DNA of 64,000 nucleotides from an uncultured Arcobacteraceae bacterium (GTDB lineage Bacteria > Campylobacterota > Campylobacteria > Campylobacterales > Arcobacteraceae): the NCBI GenBank assembly GCA_964022095.1, contig CAXHZO010000001.1:128001-192000 (forward strand). The letters are read 5' to 3'. Positions 8,401 to 18,898 of the stretch are shown piece after piece. The notes under the pieces were generated by a model that made no database searches, had not been told where the DNA came from, and worked only from the letters and a program-made list of their open reading frames with translations. Within the stretch, counting starts at the first letter, position 1; every line of letters starts with the position of its first letter. Made by a program: the position numbers and the translations under genes.

Positions 8401-9144
8401 TCAAATCTTATCTCTTAAGTATGCCCATAAAATTCCTAAATACTCATGGATTGCAACTTCTACTTTTCGTAAGTTTTGTGCGCTAAATATTTCTTGGTAG
8501 CTTTTATCTTCATATGCAAGATTTTGAGTGGGAGCAGCTATTGGTTTTAAACCTTCTTTTTTAAATAGCAGCATTGACCTTTTCATATGAGAAGCACTTG
8601 TAACTAAAATAAATGGCTTGCTTTGAACTATATTTTTAGATTGTACTGCTTCAGCATGAGTATCATTTGGAGTATCCATTCTTAATATGTCTTCTTTTTT
8701 AACTCCTAAAGTTATAGCTAACTTTTCTTGCATAAGAGCATGGGGATTTTTATCAAATCCACTATATCCTGAAACTATCAATTTTGCATTTTGTAGATTT
8801 TTGTAGTGTTTTATTGCTTCAATCATTCTATTTACTGCTGTACTTTTTAATTGAGAAGTAATACTTTGATTTTCATCACTTTTATGAGCATGTCCTAAAA
8901 CTAATATATAATTTACTTTTGGTGTTTGTAAAAGTGCTTTGTGAGCATTTTCAAGGGGAAATAAAATAGCATTTGAAACTGTTTGATTTGATAATAAAGC
9001 AAACCAAAGAAGAGATAAAAATCCAAAAACTTTTGCTTTTTTATATGAATTCATCAATAAAAAAATAAAAGCTAAAAATAGTAAAAAAAGACCAATTGGA
9101 ACTGGCAATAAAAATGCTGAAACAAATTTCTTAAGTAAAAACAT
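8401..9144 (-). CDS. ElyC/SanA/YdcF (DUF218) envelope biogenesis protein
   Basis: Two N-terminal TMs; ILVLG, LIVSG, DTHAEA, LVTSASHMKRS, AIHEYLG. Confidence 0.88.
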   Translation of the reverse strand: MFLLKKFVSAFLLPVPIGLFLLFLAFIFLLMNSYKKAKVFGFLSLLWFALLSNQTVSNAILFPLENAHKALLQTPKVNYILVLGHAHKSDENQSITSQLKSTAVNRMIEAIKHYKNLQNAKLIVSGYSGFDKNPHALMQEKLAITLGVKKEDILRMDTPNDTHAEAVQSKNIVQSKPFILVTSASHMKRSMLLFKKEGLKPIAAPTQNLAYEDKSYQEIFSAQNLRKVEVAIHEYLGILWAYLRDKI

Positions 9145-9930
9145 CTATCTTCCTATTAAAGCAGAAGTATATCCAACTACCCTACTTTTGTCTTTTGTCA
9201 CATCTGCGCTTGTACAGTAGTGAAGTAGTTTTGAATCATAGTTATTTTTATTTGCCCAATTTATTATTGCTTTTATACCTATTTTTCCACAAGCTTCACA
9301 AGAAGAAAAAAGATTTAAATCTTTTTTTTCAATAGCACTTAAGCAAACTTCATCTAAACTATTTGCTACTTTTTGTGTGTAAAAATGACTTAAATCAGTA
9401 CTAATGATAACTAAAGTTTCATCAGCACTTAATACCTCATCAATAATTCTAGAAATATCTTTATAATCAATTTCCCCATAAACTATTTCGACTAAATTTG
9501 CATTACCAAAATAGTGTTTTATAAACGGTGCTTGAGTTTCAGTAGAGTGTTCAAATTCACACTCAATATCAAAATTCAAAAAATCATATTTATCTATTAA
9601 GTTTTGTGAAAATTCTTTATCTATTTTAATATTTCCAAGTGGTGTTTCATATTCATCATATAGTGCTACACTTGCACCTTTTAGATAAGTTTTGTGAGAT
9701 GGCCCAATTACTACAACTTTTTTATAGTTTTGCTTTTTTGCTTTTTTATATGCTAAATTTGCAGTATATCCACTATAGATATATCCAGCGTGAGGAACAA
9801 TAATTGCTCTAATATTTTCAAAAGTTTCACTATTATCTTCAAGGTTATTAAAGTGATTAATATATTTTAAAATCTCTTTAGAACTATTAGGATAAAAACT
9901 TCCACTAACTACAGATTTTCTAATACTCAT
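9145..9930 (-). CDS. amrB: AmmeMemoRadiSam system protein B (Memo family)
   Basis: GSFYP, VPHAGYIYSG, GPSH, EHSTE, STDLSH, EACG, VVGY; start moved to ATG 9930 (GGAG RBS). Confidence 0.92.
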   Translation of the reverse strand: MSIRKSVVSGSFYPNSSKEILKYINHFNNLEDNSETFENIRAIIVPHAGYIYSGYTANLAYKKAKKQNYKKVVVIGPSHKTYLKGASVALYDEYETPLGNIKIDKEFSQNLIDKYDFLNFDIECEFEHSTETQAPFIKHYFGNANLVEIVYGEIDYKDISRIIDEVLSADETLVIISTDLSHFYTQKVANSLDEVCLSAIEKKDLNLFSSCEACGKIGIKAIINWANKNNYDSKLLHYCTSADVTKDKSRVVGYTSALIGR

Positions 9931-9941
9931 AAAAAGCTCCA

Positions 9942-10484
9942 TCAAACTTTCTTTACTTCATAAGTAAAAACTTTTGGATGATAATCAAAACAGCTATTTT
10001 CAAAACTTCCTTTGTAAATTAATTGGGAGAAGAACTCTTCAAAAGTAGGAAGTTGTTCCCAAACTTGAGGTAAGAAAGTACTTTTCCTTCCATCATGTTG
10101 TAAAATCACACCATGTATATTTGGCTTAATTTTTGATTTTAAATCATTTACATCTATATACTCTACTTCTATTGGAGTTGTTAATATTGATATTTGAATA
10201 TCAACTTTTTCAAATTCTTCTAAAGTTAGTTCTAAAAACCGTGGATCTTCAAATGCAGCTGCATAGGCATTTGAGATTAAATCATCTATTAAACTTCTAT
10301 AAGCTTGAAGTGAACCAATACAACCTCTTAACTTACCATCTAAATTTAAAGTTACAAAAGTTGCAGCGTCGTTTTGAAGTTGTGGAAAATCATTTATAAG
10401 TTTTTCTTTGTTTATTTCAACACTTGTATCAAACTTTCTTTTTATAGATTTTTTTACAATATCTAGTAAAACTTGATTATCCAT
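9942..10484 (-). CDS. amrA: AmmeMemoRadiSam system protein A (AMMECR1 family)
   Basis: ATFVTL, LRGCIG, AAFEDPRF, TFLPQVWEQL. Confidence 0.94.
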   Translation of the reverse strand: MDNQVLLDIVKKSIKRKFDTSVEINKEKLINDFPQLQNDAATFVTLNLDGKLRGCIGSLQAYRSLIDDLISNAYAAAFEDPRFLELTLEEFEKVDIQISILTTPIEVEYIDVNDLKSKIKPNIHGVILQHDGRKSTFLPQVWEQLPTFEEFFSQLIYKGSFENSCFDYHPKVFTYEVKKV

Positions 10485-10496
10485 TTTAACTCCTAT

Positions 10497-11435
10497 TTAT
10501 GCTTTAATTATATCCTTAATTGCTTCAATGAAATTATCACTATCATTTACACATCTACATACTTTAAATTCACTAATACCAATCTCTTCAGCTATTTCTC
10601 TATACTCAATATCAAGTTCAAAATCAGTCTCTGAATTATCTACAATAAATGCAATTGGATAAATAACTACTTTTTGGTCTTTAAAGTTTGTTAACATAGT
10701 ATCAAGAGAAGGTTCTAACCATTTCATTGGACCTACTTTTGATTGGTATGCTAAATTTACTGATTTAAATTTAGAGCCTTTGAATTTCAATCTTTCTCTT
10801 AACATAATTACATGCTCTTTCATTTGCTCTTCATAAGGGTCACCTTTATCAACAATTTTTTGAGGAAGACCATGAGCTGAGAAGATTAAGTTATATTCAG
10901 TTGAATCATCAACTGTATTTATAATCTCATCAACAATACAATCATTAAATTTATCATTTTTATAAAACTCTTCAAAATAAGTAACTTTGAAATTATCTTC
11001 ATAAGGAAGCCAACCTAAGAAATCTTGAACTGAAGATTTTGTAGTTGTAGTTGAATATTGAGGATATAAAGGAAGTAAAACAATCTCTTTTATTCCATCT
11101 GCTTTTATTTGCTCTATTGTTTCATTTGCAAAAGGAGGAGTATATCTCATAGCTTGATATGTTTTATAACCTTCTATTTTCTCATTACATTTTTCAACTA
11201 ACTTTTCAGTTAATGGATTAATAGGAGATGCATTTCCAATTTCTTCATAATTTTTCCATGCTTCATCTAATCTTCTTGATACAATAAATTTTGCAATTAA
11301 ACTTCTAATACAATCAATATTTATTGTTAATATATTTTCATCATTAAACATGTTTGTTAAAAACATTTCTAATTCGTCTTTATTTCTAGCCCCACCCATA
11401 TTAAGTAGAACTAATGCTTTTTTATTTTCACTCAT
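10497..11435 (-). CDS. hemH: Ferrochelatase
   Basis: LLNMGG, LPLYPQYSTTT, FSAHGLP, GDPY, YQSKVGPMKWLEP. Confidence 0.97.
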   Translation of the reverse strand: MSENKKALVLLNMGGARNKDELEMFLTNMFNDENILTINIDCIRSLIAKFIVSRRLDEAWKNYEEIGNASPINPLTEKLVEKCNEKIEGYKTYQAMRYTPPFANETIEQIKADGIKEIVLLPLYPQYSTTTTKSSVQDFLGWLPYEDNFKVTYFEEFYKNDKFNDCIVDEIINTVDDSTEYNLIFSAHGLPQKIVDKGDPYEEQMKEHVIMLRERLKFKGSKFKSVNLAYQSKVGPMKWLEPSLDTMLTNFKDQKVVIYPIAFIVDNSETDFELDIEYREIAEEIGISEFKVCRCVNDSDNFIEAIKDIIKA

Positions 11436-12024
11436 TTTCTTCTAGCCTTATAATTTTGTCACTACACCATTTAGCCATATCAATATCATGTGTGATTAAT
11501 AAAATCGCACAATCTTCAAGCAGTGTTACTAGTAACTTCATCACATCATAAGCAATAATATTATCAAGTGCTGAAGTTGGTTCATCTACTAAAAGAAGTT
11601 TTGGTTTCATCAAAAGTGCTCTTAGAATTGAACATCTCTGAAGTTGACCACCACTTAATTCATATGGTTTTTTGTATAGTAATTCTTTGTCTAATGTAAG
11701 TTTTTCAAGTAGATTTTCTAACTCTTTTGCAAAATCATATTTAACAACATCATTTATTTGTTCAATAATTGAATATGTTGGATGAAAAGAGTTATATGGA
11801 TCTTGGAATATTAAACTAATATTATCTTTTTGGATTGTTCCTTTTATTGGTTTTAGTGTTCCAATAATCAGTTCAAAAAGTGTAGTTTTACCACTACCAC
11901 TTTTCCCAAATATAGTTACAAGTTCACCTTCATGCAAATTTAAATTAAAATTTTCATAGATAGGTTTATCTTTTTTATAAAAAAATGTTAAGTCTTCAAT
12001 CTTTAAAACTATATTCTCATCCAA
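11428..12024 (-). CDS. ABC transporter ATP-binding protein (dipeptide/nickel-like, stand-alone)
   Basis: GKSGSGKTT, IFQDP, LSGGQLQR, DEPTSALD. Confidence 0.88.
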   Translation of the reverse strand: MDENIVLKIEDLTFFYKKDKPIYENFNLNLHEGELVTIFGKSGSGKTTLFELIIGTLKPIKGTIQKDNISLIFQDPYNSFHPTYSIIEQINDVVKYDFAKELENLLEKLTLDKELLYKKPYELSGGQLQRCSILRALLMKPKLLLVDEPTSALDNIIAYDVMKLLVTLLEDCAILLITHDIDMAKWCSDKIIRLEENE

Positions 12025-12154
12025 ATCTTTACCTTTTAAATTAAAAAGATAGTGTATAAAAATCTTACTTTAATTTTGTAAAAAGCTATTTTATATATGT
12101 GCATATTTTAGTTATTTATATGATTTTATGTATAATAAAACTCAAGGATGTGAA

Positions 12155-14002
12155 ATGTCTTTTATCATAAAAATAATATTTACATTATTTATATTAAACT
12201 CTTGTCTATATTCAAAAGATAACAGTAAAAATATTTTAATAATTACAAGTTATCATACTTCATTACCTTGGGATATTAAATATACAGAGGGTATATTTAA
12301 TGTAAAAAAAGAGAATACGAAGCTTAATATTTACAAAGAAAATTTAGATTCAATCTTATTTAATGAATTTTCTAATAAAAACTTTTACAACTATATAAAA
12401 ACTAAATATAATTCAATTAAAATTGATGGAATTATAACTGAGTCAGACCCTGCATATAATTTCGTAAATAAATATGGGAAAGAGCTTTTTGAGGATATTC
12501 CATATGTTTATTATACAACCAACAAAAAAAGCACTCACTTTTCAAAAAGTAAAAACATTACAAATACTCCAAACATATATAATACTTTAAAAATCGCTTT
12601 TGAACAAAACCCCAACACAAATAATGTAATAGTAATTGATCAAGAAAAACAAAAAGATTTAATAAAAACAATTCAAAGTTTTAAAAAAGACATCAATGTT
12701 AGAGATTTAAGTAGTTTTAGTATAGAAGAAATCATTAATATATGCTCAAGTGTAGAGAATAATACTTTCATATTTTATACTGTATATTTTACAGACCCTT
12801 TAGGGAAAATCTACAAACCATTAAATGTATTGAAAAATATATCTCAAAATCTTAATATACCTATTTATTCAATTTATTCTCCTTATATTAATAATGGAAT
12901 AGTAGGAGGAGATCTTCTGTATAGTTCATCATTATCAAAAGAATCAATTTATATAATTGATAACCTAATTAATAAAAAACTCATTTCATACAATGTGTCA
13001 AACACTATACTAGATAATAAACTTATGAAAAAATACAACCTAAAAATACCAAATATTAACAACATGAAAATAATTAATATAAAAAAAGAGAATGACATAT
13101 TATTAAAATACAAAAAAGAGATTATTTTTACTGGAATTATTTTTGTAATATTAGTATTACTTTTAATTTTTACACTATATTTAAACTACTCAAGAAAGAA
13201 ACTAATTAATCAATTAAAATCTCAAAATCAAGCAATTATAAATGAAAAGAAAGCTAAATATAAAACAGAAAAAATATTAATTCAACAAAGTAAAATGGCA
13301 GCACTTGGGGACATGCTACAAAATATTGCCCATCAGTGGAGACAACCCTTAAGTATAATTTCAACATCAGCAAGTGGAATAAAATTAAATAGACAGTATG
13401 ACATTCAAGATAAGGAACAAGAAATATACTCTTTAGATAAAATTCTTGAAAGTACAAAATATCTATCTAATACAATAGATGTATTTAGAAACTTTTTTAA
13501 ACCTTCGAATGTAAAAGAATTTTTTAAAATTGCGAAAAGTGTTGATGAAGCAATATTTCTTTCTAATATTGAGTCAAACAGCTATTACAATATACAAATT
13601 GAAAAAAATTACCAAGATATAGAAGTAAACTCATACAAAAATGAATTCATACAAGTTATACTTAATATTATAAATAATTCAAAAGATGCTTTACTTCAAA
13701 ATATTCAGGATAAAGAGAAAAGATTAATTTTAGTTTCAGTCACTCAACAACAAAATAATATATTAATATCAATAAAAGACAATGCAAAAGGTGTACCAGA
13801 AGCTATTATTGATAAAATATTTCAACCATACTTTACAACAAAACATCAAAGCAAAGGTACAGGAATTGGGCTATTTATGTCAAATGAGATAGTTACAAAA
13901 CATATGAAAGGTAAACTAGAAGTTAAAAACTCTAAATATAGTTTTAATAAAAATGACTATTATGGGGCTGAATTTATAATATATTTACCAATAAAATTAT
14001 AA
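12155..14002 (+). CDS. Sensor histidine kinase with extracytoplasmic substrate-binding-like domain
   Basis: Signal/TM + large external domain + TM; H box IAHQWRQPL, N box NIINNSKDA, DNAKG, GTGIGL. Start 12155 preferred (AAGGA RBS); ORF track starts at 12128. Confidence 0.9.
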   Translation: MSFIIKIIFTLFILNSCLYSKDNSKNILIITSYHTSLPWDIKYTEGIFNVKKENTKLNIYKENLDSILFNEFSNKNFYNYIKTKYNSIKIDGIITESDPAYNFVNKYGKELFEDIPYVYYTTNKKSTHFSKSKNITNTPNIYNTLKIAFEQNPNTNNVIVIDQEKQKDLIKTIQSFKKDINVRDLSSFSIEEIINICSSVENNTFIFYTVYFTDPLGKIYKPLNVLKNISQNLNIPIYSIYSPYINNGIVGGDLLYSSSLSKESIYIIDNLINKKLISYNVSNTILDNKLMKKYNLKIPNINNMKIINIKKENDILLKYKKEIIFTGIIFVILVLLLIFTLYLNYSRKKLINQLKSQNQAIINEKKAKYKTEKILIQQSKMAALGDMLQNIAHQWRQPLSIISTSASGIKLNRQYDIQDKEQEIYSLDKILESTKYLSNTIDVFRNFFKPSNVKEFFKIAKSVDEAIFLSNIESNSYYNIQIEKNYQDIEVNSYKNEFIQVILNIINNSKDALLQNIQDKEKRLILVSVTQQQNNILISIKDNAKGVPEAIIDKIFQPYFTTKHQSKGTGIGLFMSNEIVTKHMKGKLEVKNSKYSFNKNDYYGAEFIIYLPIKL

Positions 14003-14125
14003 ATATTTCACAATTAATACACAATATCATAACATACTTATAAAAGCGTTAAACTTAATATAAATATTAAGCTAAGCAAAAGAAAAAATAGCTAAAATAT
14101 TTTTTCAACAAATAAGGAGAATTAA

Positions 14126-14413
14126 ATGAAAAAACTTGTATTAACTACAGTTATCGCTGCATCATGTGCTTTCGCTGCTCCTGCAGCATATAACACTTGT
14201 AAAGGTTGTCATGGAGCTAAGGGTGAATTAAACACTACAACTCAAAATAAAAGTGCTATTCCTGCAAACTTAACTAAAGCAGAAGTTGAGAATGCATTAA
14301 AAGGTTACAAAGCTGGTACTTATGGTGGAGCTATGAAAATGATTATGAAAGGTCAAGTTGCTAGATTAACTGACGCTCAAATTAAAGAATTAGCTGAGTA
14401 CATCGGTAAATAG
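14126..14413 (+). CDS. Periplasmic cytochrome c553-like monoheme cytochrome c
   Basis: Sec signal, CKGCH heme motif, GGAMKMIM axial Met region, AAGGAG RBS. Confidence 0.93.
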   Translation: MKKLVLTTVIAASCAFAAPAAYNTCKGCHGAKGELNTTTQNKSAIPANLTKAEVENALKGYKAGTYGGAMKMIMKGQVARLTDAQIKELAEYIGK

Positions 14414-14455
14414 TAAATATTTATTGTATACTTTAAAAGCTTGGAGTTTGTCACT

Positions 14456-14698
14456 CTAAGCTTTTTTTTTGTCCTGATTTTCAGACTCCTTAGTTTTCTG
14501 CTCTTTTGCATCTTTTAGTTTTTTTTCTTTATTAATTGCATCATTTAAATCTTCAACACTATCAAATAATAATCCATCAACCATTTTATTTGAATCATCA
14601 AACTGACCAGTTTTTGCACCCCAAACAAAAAGTAGTAAAAGAGCTGCTGTAATTATAAGCCCAACAATTAACATCAAAAACAAAGTATCATCAATCAT
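14456..14698 (-). CDS. ccoS: cbb3-type oxidase assembly protein CcoS
   Basis: Single TM then WGAKTGQFDD; follows ccoI. Confidence 0.92.
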   Translation of the reverse strand: MIDDTLFLMLIVGLIITAALLLLFVWGAKTGQFDDSNKMVDGLLFDSVEDLNDAINKEKKLKDAKEQKTKESENQDKKKA

Positions 14699-14708
14699 AT
14701 ATATTTTC

Positions 14709-17150
14709 CTATTTCATTTTTATTCTAAGTGAGTTTAGAACAACAAGAAGTGAACTTAAGCTCATTGAAAGTGCTGCAACAAGAGGCATTACTAAACCTG
14801 CCATTGCAAAAGGTATTGTGACTATATTATACACTAAAGATATTAATAGATTCTGTTTAATAAATTTGTATGTTCTATTAGATAATTCAAATGCCTCTTT
14901 TAATGATTTTAAAGATGAGTTTAATAAAACAATATCAGAAATTGATAAAGAAACATCTGCTGAATTGCCCATTGCTACTGCTACATCTGCATTACCTAAT
15001 GCAACACTATCATTTAATCCATCACCAACCATAATTACAGTTTTATTATCTTGCTTTAATTTTTTGATATAGTTAGCTTTTGTTACTGGAGTTTGAGAAG
15101 CATAGAACTTATCTATTCCTAGATCAGCTGATATTTTTTTTGCAACTAATTCATTATCACCAGTTAGCATTACAACTTCTAATTTTTGGTTTTTTAAATA
15201 ATCTATCAACTCTTTTGCATTATCTTTTATTTCATCAACTAACTCAAATGTAGCTACAACTTTTTTATTTATGGCAAAAAGATAAACACTATTAGAACTA
15301 TCAAATTTATACCAAATATCATTATCTCTCATAAGTTCAATATTACCACCTAAAAGAGTAAACTCTTTACCTTCAAAATTTTGATATTTTGCACTAAGAC
15401 CTTTTGAATTTATTGTTTTAACTTCATCTAAATTCTTAAGCTCTAAATTATCATATTTATTCAACAATGCTTTTTTGACAGACTTACTAATAGGATGAGA
15501 TGAAGCATCTAAAAGAGTATAAAGTAAATTTAACTTATGAATATTATCATCTAGTATTCTCATTTTTGTAACTGATAGCTCACCTTTAGTTAAAGTTCCT
15601 GTTTTATCAAAAACTACAGTATCACTTTTTGCAATAGATTCTATAAACTTTGCTTCTTTAAATAATAAACCTTTTTTAGCAAGTTCAGAAATACCTATTA
15701 AACTAGCGATTGGCGTAGCTAAGGCTAATGCACAGGGACAAGCAATCACAATTACAGAAATACCTACAATAAAAGATTTCTCAAAATGATTTGTTCCCTC
15801 ATAATCAAATCCTAAATCAATACCAAAGAAATACCAAACAATGAATGTAAAAAATGCCAATGTTAAAATTGCTGTTGTAAAACCTTTTGAAAGTTCATTT
15901 GCTGTATTTTGAATCTTTGGTTTAGAGTTTAAAGAATCTTCAAGTAGTGTAACAATAGAAGAGAATGTAGAGTTTTTAAAGTCTTTTGTTACTTCATATT
16001 CTAATAAAGAATCATTGTTAATTGTTCCACTAAAAAGTTCATCTCCAACTTTTTTATATACAGGAAGGGATTCACCGGTTAGAGTTGACTCATCAAAAGA
16101 AGCTTCTCCTTTAGTAATTTTTCCATCAACGGGTACTTTTTCACCTGCTTTTAATTGAACAATATCTCCTATGCTAATTGTATTTAAAGCAACTACTTTT
16201 TTTATTCCATCTTTAATTACTGTAGCTTCTAAAGGAAGAGATGATTTAATTTTATCTAAGGTATCAACAGCAGATTTTTTTCCGATTACTTCTAAATACT
16301 TTCCAACTAATACAAAAGTAATAATCATTGCAACACTATCAAAATAGCTTTCGCCCTTTGCTCCAAAAAGAATAAATAAAGAGTATATATAAGTAAGTGT
16401 AGCTCCAGCTGAAACTAAAAAATCCATGTTTAACACACGGTTTTTTAAACCATAATAGGCACCTTTGAAAAATACCCAACCACTATAAAAAAGAACAGGA
16501 GTTGAAAGAAAAAATTCTCCTAAATGAATCATATGTTTTATTTCATCACTCATACCAGTAAAAAAACCTGTATATTTTGCAACACCAATCATCATAATAT
16601 TCATACTTGCAACAACTGCAACCATCATACGAATGAAGTAATCTCTTTTTGCTTTTGTAGCTTGAACATCTGCAATACTTGAATCATAAGCATAAGCGTT
16701 ATATCCAATTGATCTAATTCTTAAAATAATATCAGAAAGTTTTAACTTATCACTGTCCCACACAATTCTAGCTTTGTTAGTAGTAAAGTTTATATCAGCT
16801 TGTATTATTCCTTTCGTGTCATGAAGTATTTTTTCATTTAACCAAACACAAGCAGCACAATGAATTCCTTCAATAATTAAATCTATTTGAGAAAAACCTT
16901 CATTTGTTTCATTTACATAATTGTTTAAAAAGTTTTCAGAATTGAATTTTTCTAAATCATCTCTTTCTATACTTATGGGAGGGCTAATTGTTTTATTTCC
17001 AAGCTTGTCATAAAAAGAATCTAATCCATCATCTTTTAAAAGATGGTATACACCTTGACATCCTTTACAACAAAAATTCAAATCATTTTCATTAATCATT
17101 ATATCTTCTTCAAAAGAAAGATGACAATGATTACATTTTACTTTAGACAC
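14709..17150 (-). CDS. ccoI: Cu-translocating P1B ATPase, CcoI/FixI type
   Basis: CNHC..FCCKGC N-terminus, HCAAC HMA motif, TGES, CPC, DKTGTLT, GDGLND; GTG start. Confidence 0.93.
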   Translation of the reverse strand: MSKVKCNHCHLSFEEDIMINENDLNFCCKGCQGVYHLLKDDGLDSFYDKLGNKTISPPISIERDDLEKFNSENFLNNYVNETNEGFSQIDLIIEGIHCAACVWLNEKILHDTKGIIQADINFTTNKARIVWDSDKLKLSDIILRIRSIGYNAYAYDSSIADVQATKAKRDYFIRMMVAVVASMNIMMIGVAKYTGFFTGMSDEIKHMIHLGEFFLSTPVLFYSGWVFFKGAYYGLKNRVLNMDFLVSAGATLTYIYSLFILFGAKGESYFDSVAMIITFVLVGKYLEVIGKKSAVDTLDKIKSSLPLEATVIKDGIKKVVALNTISIGDIVQLKAGEKVPVDGKITKGEASFDESTLTGESLPVYKKVGDELFSGTINNDSLLEYEVTKDFKNSTFSSIVTLLEDSLNSKPKIQNTANELSKGFTTAILTLAFFTFIVWYFFGIDLGFDYEGTNHFEKSFIVGISVIVIACPCALALATPIASLIGISELAKKGLLFKEAKFIESIAKSDTVVFDKTGTLTKGELSVTKMRILDDNIHKLNLLYTLLDASSHPISKSVKKALLNKYDNLELKNLDEVKTINSKGLSAKYQNFEGKEFTLLGGNIELMRDNDIWYKFDSSNSVYLFAINKKVVATFELVDEIKDNAKELIDYLKNQKLEVVMLTGDNELVAKKISADLGIDKFYASQTPVTKANYIKKLKQDNKTVIMVGDGLNDSVALGNADVAVAMGNSADVSLSISDIVLLNSSLKSLKEAFELSNRTYKFIKQNLLISLVYNIVTIPFAMAGLVMPLVAALSMSLSSLLVVLNSLRIKMK

Positions 17151-17273
17151 TATGTTTTCCTACTATTTATTCATAAATCAAAAAATTATTTTTTAGAATT
17201 CTATTGAAATTTGTTTTGTAATTTTATTTAATTATGTTATTATATCTTATTAAATTTGGAGTGTGTCTTAATT

Positions 17274-18896
17274 ATGGTAAGCAATATATCTATACTAAAA
17301 AATATTACAATTTTATATGCTGAGGATGAAAAAGACTTAAGAGAAGTTACACATCAAATTCTAAAGGGTTTTACAAAGAAACAATACGTTGCCACAAATG
17401 GGCAAGAGGGTTTAGAACTTTTTAAAGAACATGAAAATGAAATAGATTTAATTATTACTGATGTAAATATGCCTATACTAAATGGGCTAGATATGGTTAA
17501 AGAAATAAAAAAAATCAATATAAATATTCCTATTATTGTAGCAACTGCATTTTCAAATAAAGAGTATTTATTAGAAGCTATTGATATTGGTGTTGACAAA
17601 TATGTACTAAAACCAATTGATATTTCAAAACTTCTACAAGTTATGTCTCAATCGCTACTATATCATGAATTAAAAGACTTATATATTGATAAACTTACCA
17701 ACTTACCAAATAGAAATAAATTAAAAAAAGAATTAGATGAAAATCATGTTGAACTAATGGCATTAATTGATATTGATGAATTTTCAACTATTAATGACTT
17801 ATTTGGTGAAGAAAATGGTGATATTATCTTAACAGAGCTAGCAAAAAAAATAAAACAATCATTTGATGAAAACTTTTTTACTACCTATAGAATTGAAGCA
17901 GACAAGTTTGCTATTGTTGCAAAAGCTCAAGATCAAAATTTAGATGAATTTTATGAATTATGTAAAAACTTTGCAGATAAAATTGAAAAAGAGTCTTTAT
18001 ATATTCAAGAAAATGAAATTGATATAAATATCACTATTGGAATTGCAAAAGGTGACGGTGCTCTCGCATTTAAATACTCTCAAAGAGTTATAAACTATGC
18101 AAGGTCAAAACTGCAAAGAATTATGATTTATAATGAAGCATTTAAAATTCAACAATCATTTGAAGAGAATATCAAATGGGTTAAACAACTAAAAACAGGA
18201 TTTAGAGAGAATTTATTTCAAGCATACTTCCAACCTATTGTAGATACAAAAACAAAAGAAGTTCATAAGTATGAAGCACTTATTAGATATATAACAAAAG
18301 AAGGGAAAGAGATATCTCCTGCAAACTTTTTAAATGTTGCAAAAAGAACTAAGCTTTATCCAAATATTATAAAAATCATTCTACAGGACTCATTTAAATT
18401 AATAAAAGAAAAAAATAAAAGAGTATCTGTAAATATATCATTTGATGATATTGCAAATGAAGAAACAACAAACTTTGTTTATGAAATACTAGAGCAAAAT
18501 AAAGATTATACAGACCGACTTGAATTTGAAATTTTAGAATCAGAAGAGATTTCAGACTTTGATCAAGTTGCAAAATTTATTTCTAATATTAAAAAATTCA
18601 ATTGTATAGTTGGAGTTGATGACTTTGGAGCAGGATATTCAAACTTTAATTTATTAACACTTCTTGATATTGATTTTGTAAAAATTGATGGTTCTTTAAT
18701 TGAGAGTATTAATACCTCAAAAGATTTAGAAATAATAGTAAGTACAATAGCTAACTTCTCAAAAGAGTTTAAAGTAAAAACAGTAGCAGAATATGTATCA
18801 AATGAAGAGATTTATAATAAAATTAAAGAGTTAAATATTGACTATTGTCAGGGTTATTACTTTGATAAGCCTACAAGTTATGATTCTATTAGCTAA
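17274..18896 (+). CDS. REC + degenerate GGDEF + EAL protein (probable c-di-GMP phosphodiesterase)
   Basis: Receiver (AEDE..TDVNMP..KP), GGDEF site replaced by EADKF, intact YEALIR and DDFGAGYSN. Start uncertain (17256 TTG or 17274 ATG). Confidence 0.9.
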   Translation: MVSNISILKNITILYAEDEKDLREVTHQILKGFTKKQYVATNGQEGLELFKEHENEIDLIITDVNMPILNGLDMVKEIKKININIPIIVATAFSNKEYLLEAIDIGVDKYVLKPIDISKLLQVMSQSLLYHELKDLYIDKLTNLPNRNKLKKELDENHVELMALIDIDEFSTINDLFGEENGDIILTELAKKIKQSFDENFFTTYRIEADKFAIVAKAQDQNLDEFYELCKNFADKIEKESLYIQENEIDINITIGIAKGDGALAFKYSQRVINYARSKLQRIMIYNEAFKIQQSFEENIKWVKQLKTGFRENLFQAYFQPIVDTKTKEVHKYEALIRYITKEGKEISPANFLNVAKRTKLYPNIIKIILQDSFKLIKEKNKRVSVNISFDDIANEETTNFVYEILEQNKDYTDRLEFEILESEEISDFDQVAKFISNIKKFNCIVGVDDFGAGYSNFNLLTLLDIDFVKIDGSLIESINTSKDLEIIVSTIANFSKEFKVKTVAEYVSNEEIYNKIKELNIDYCQGYYFDKPTSYDSIS

Positions 18897-18898
18897 AT

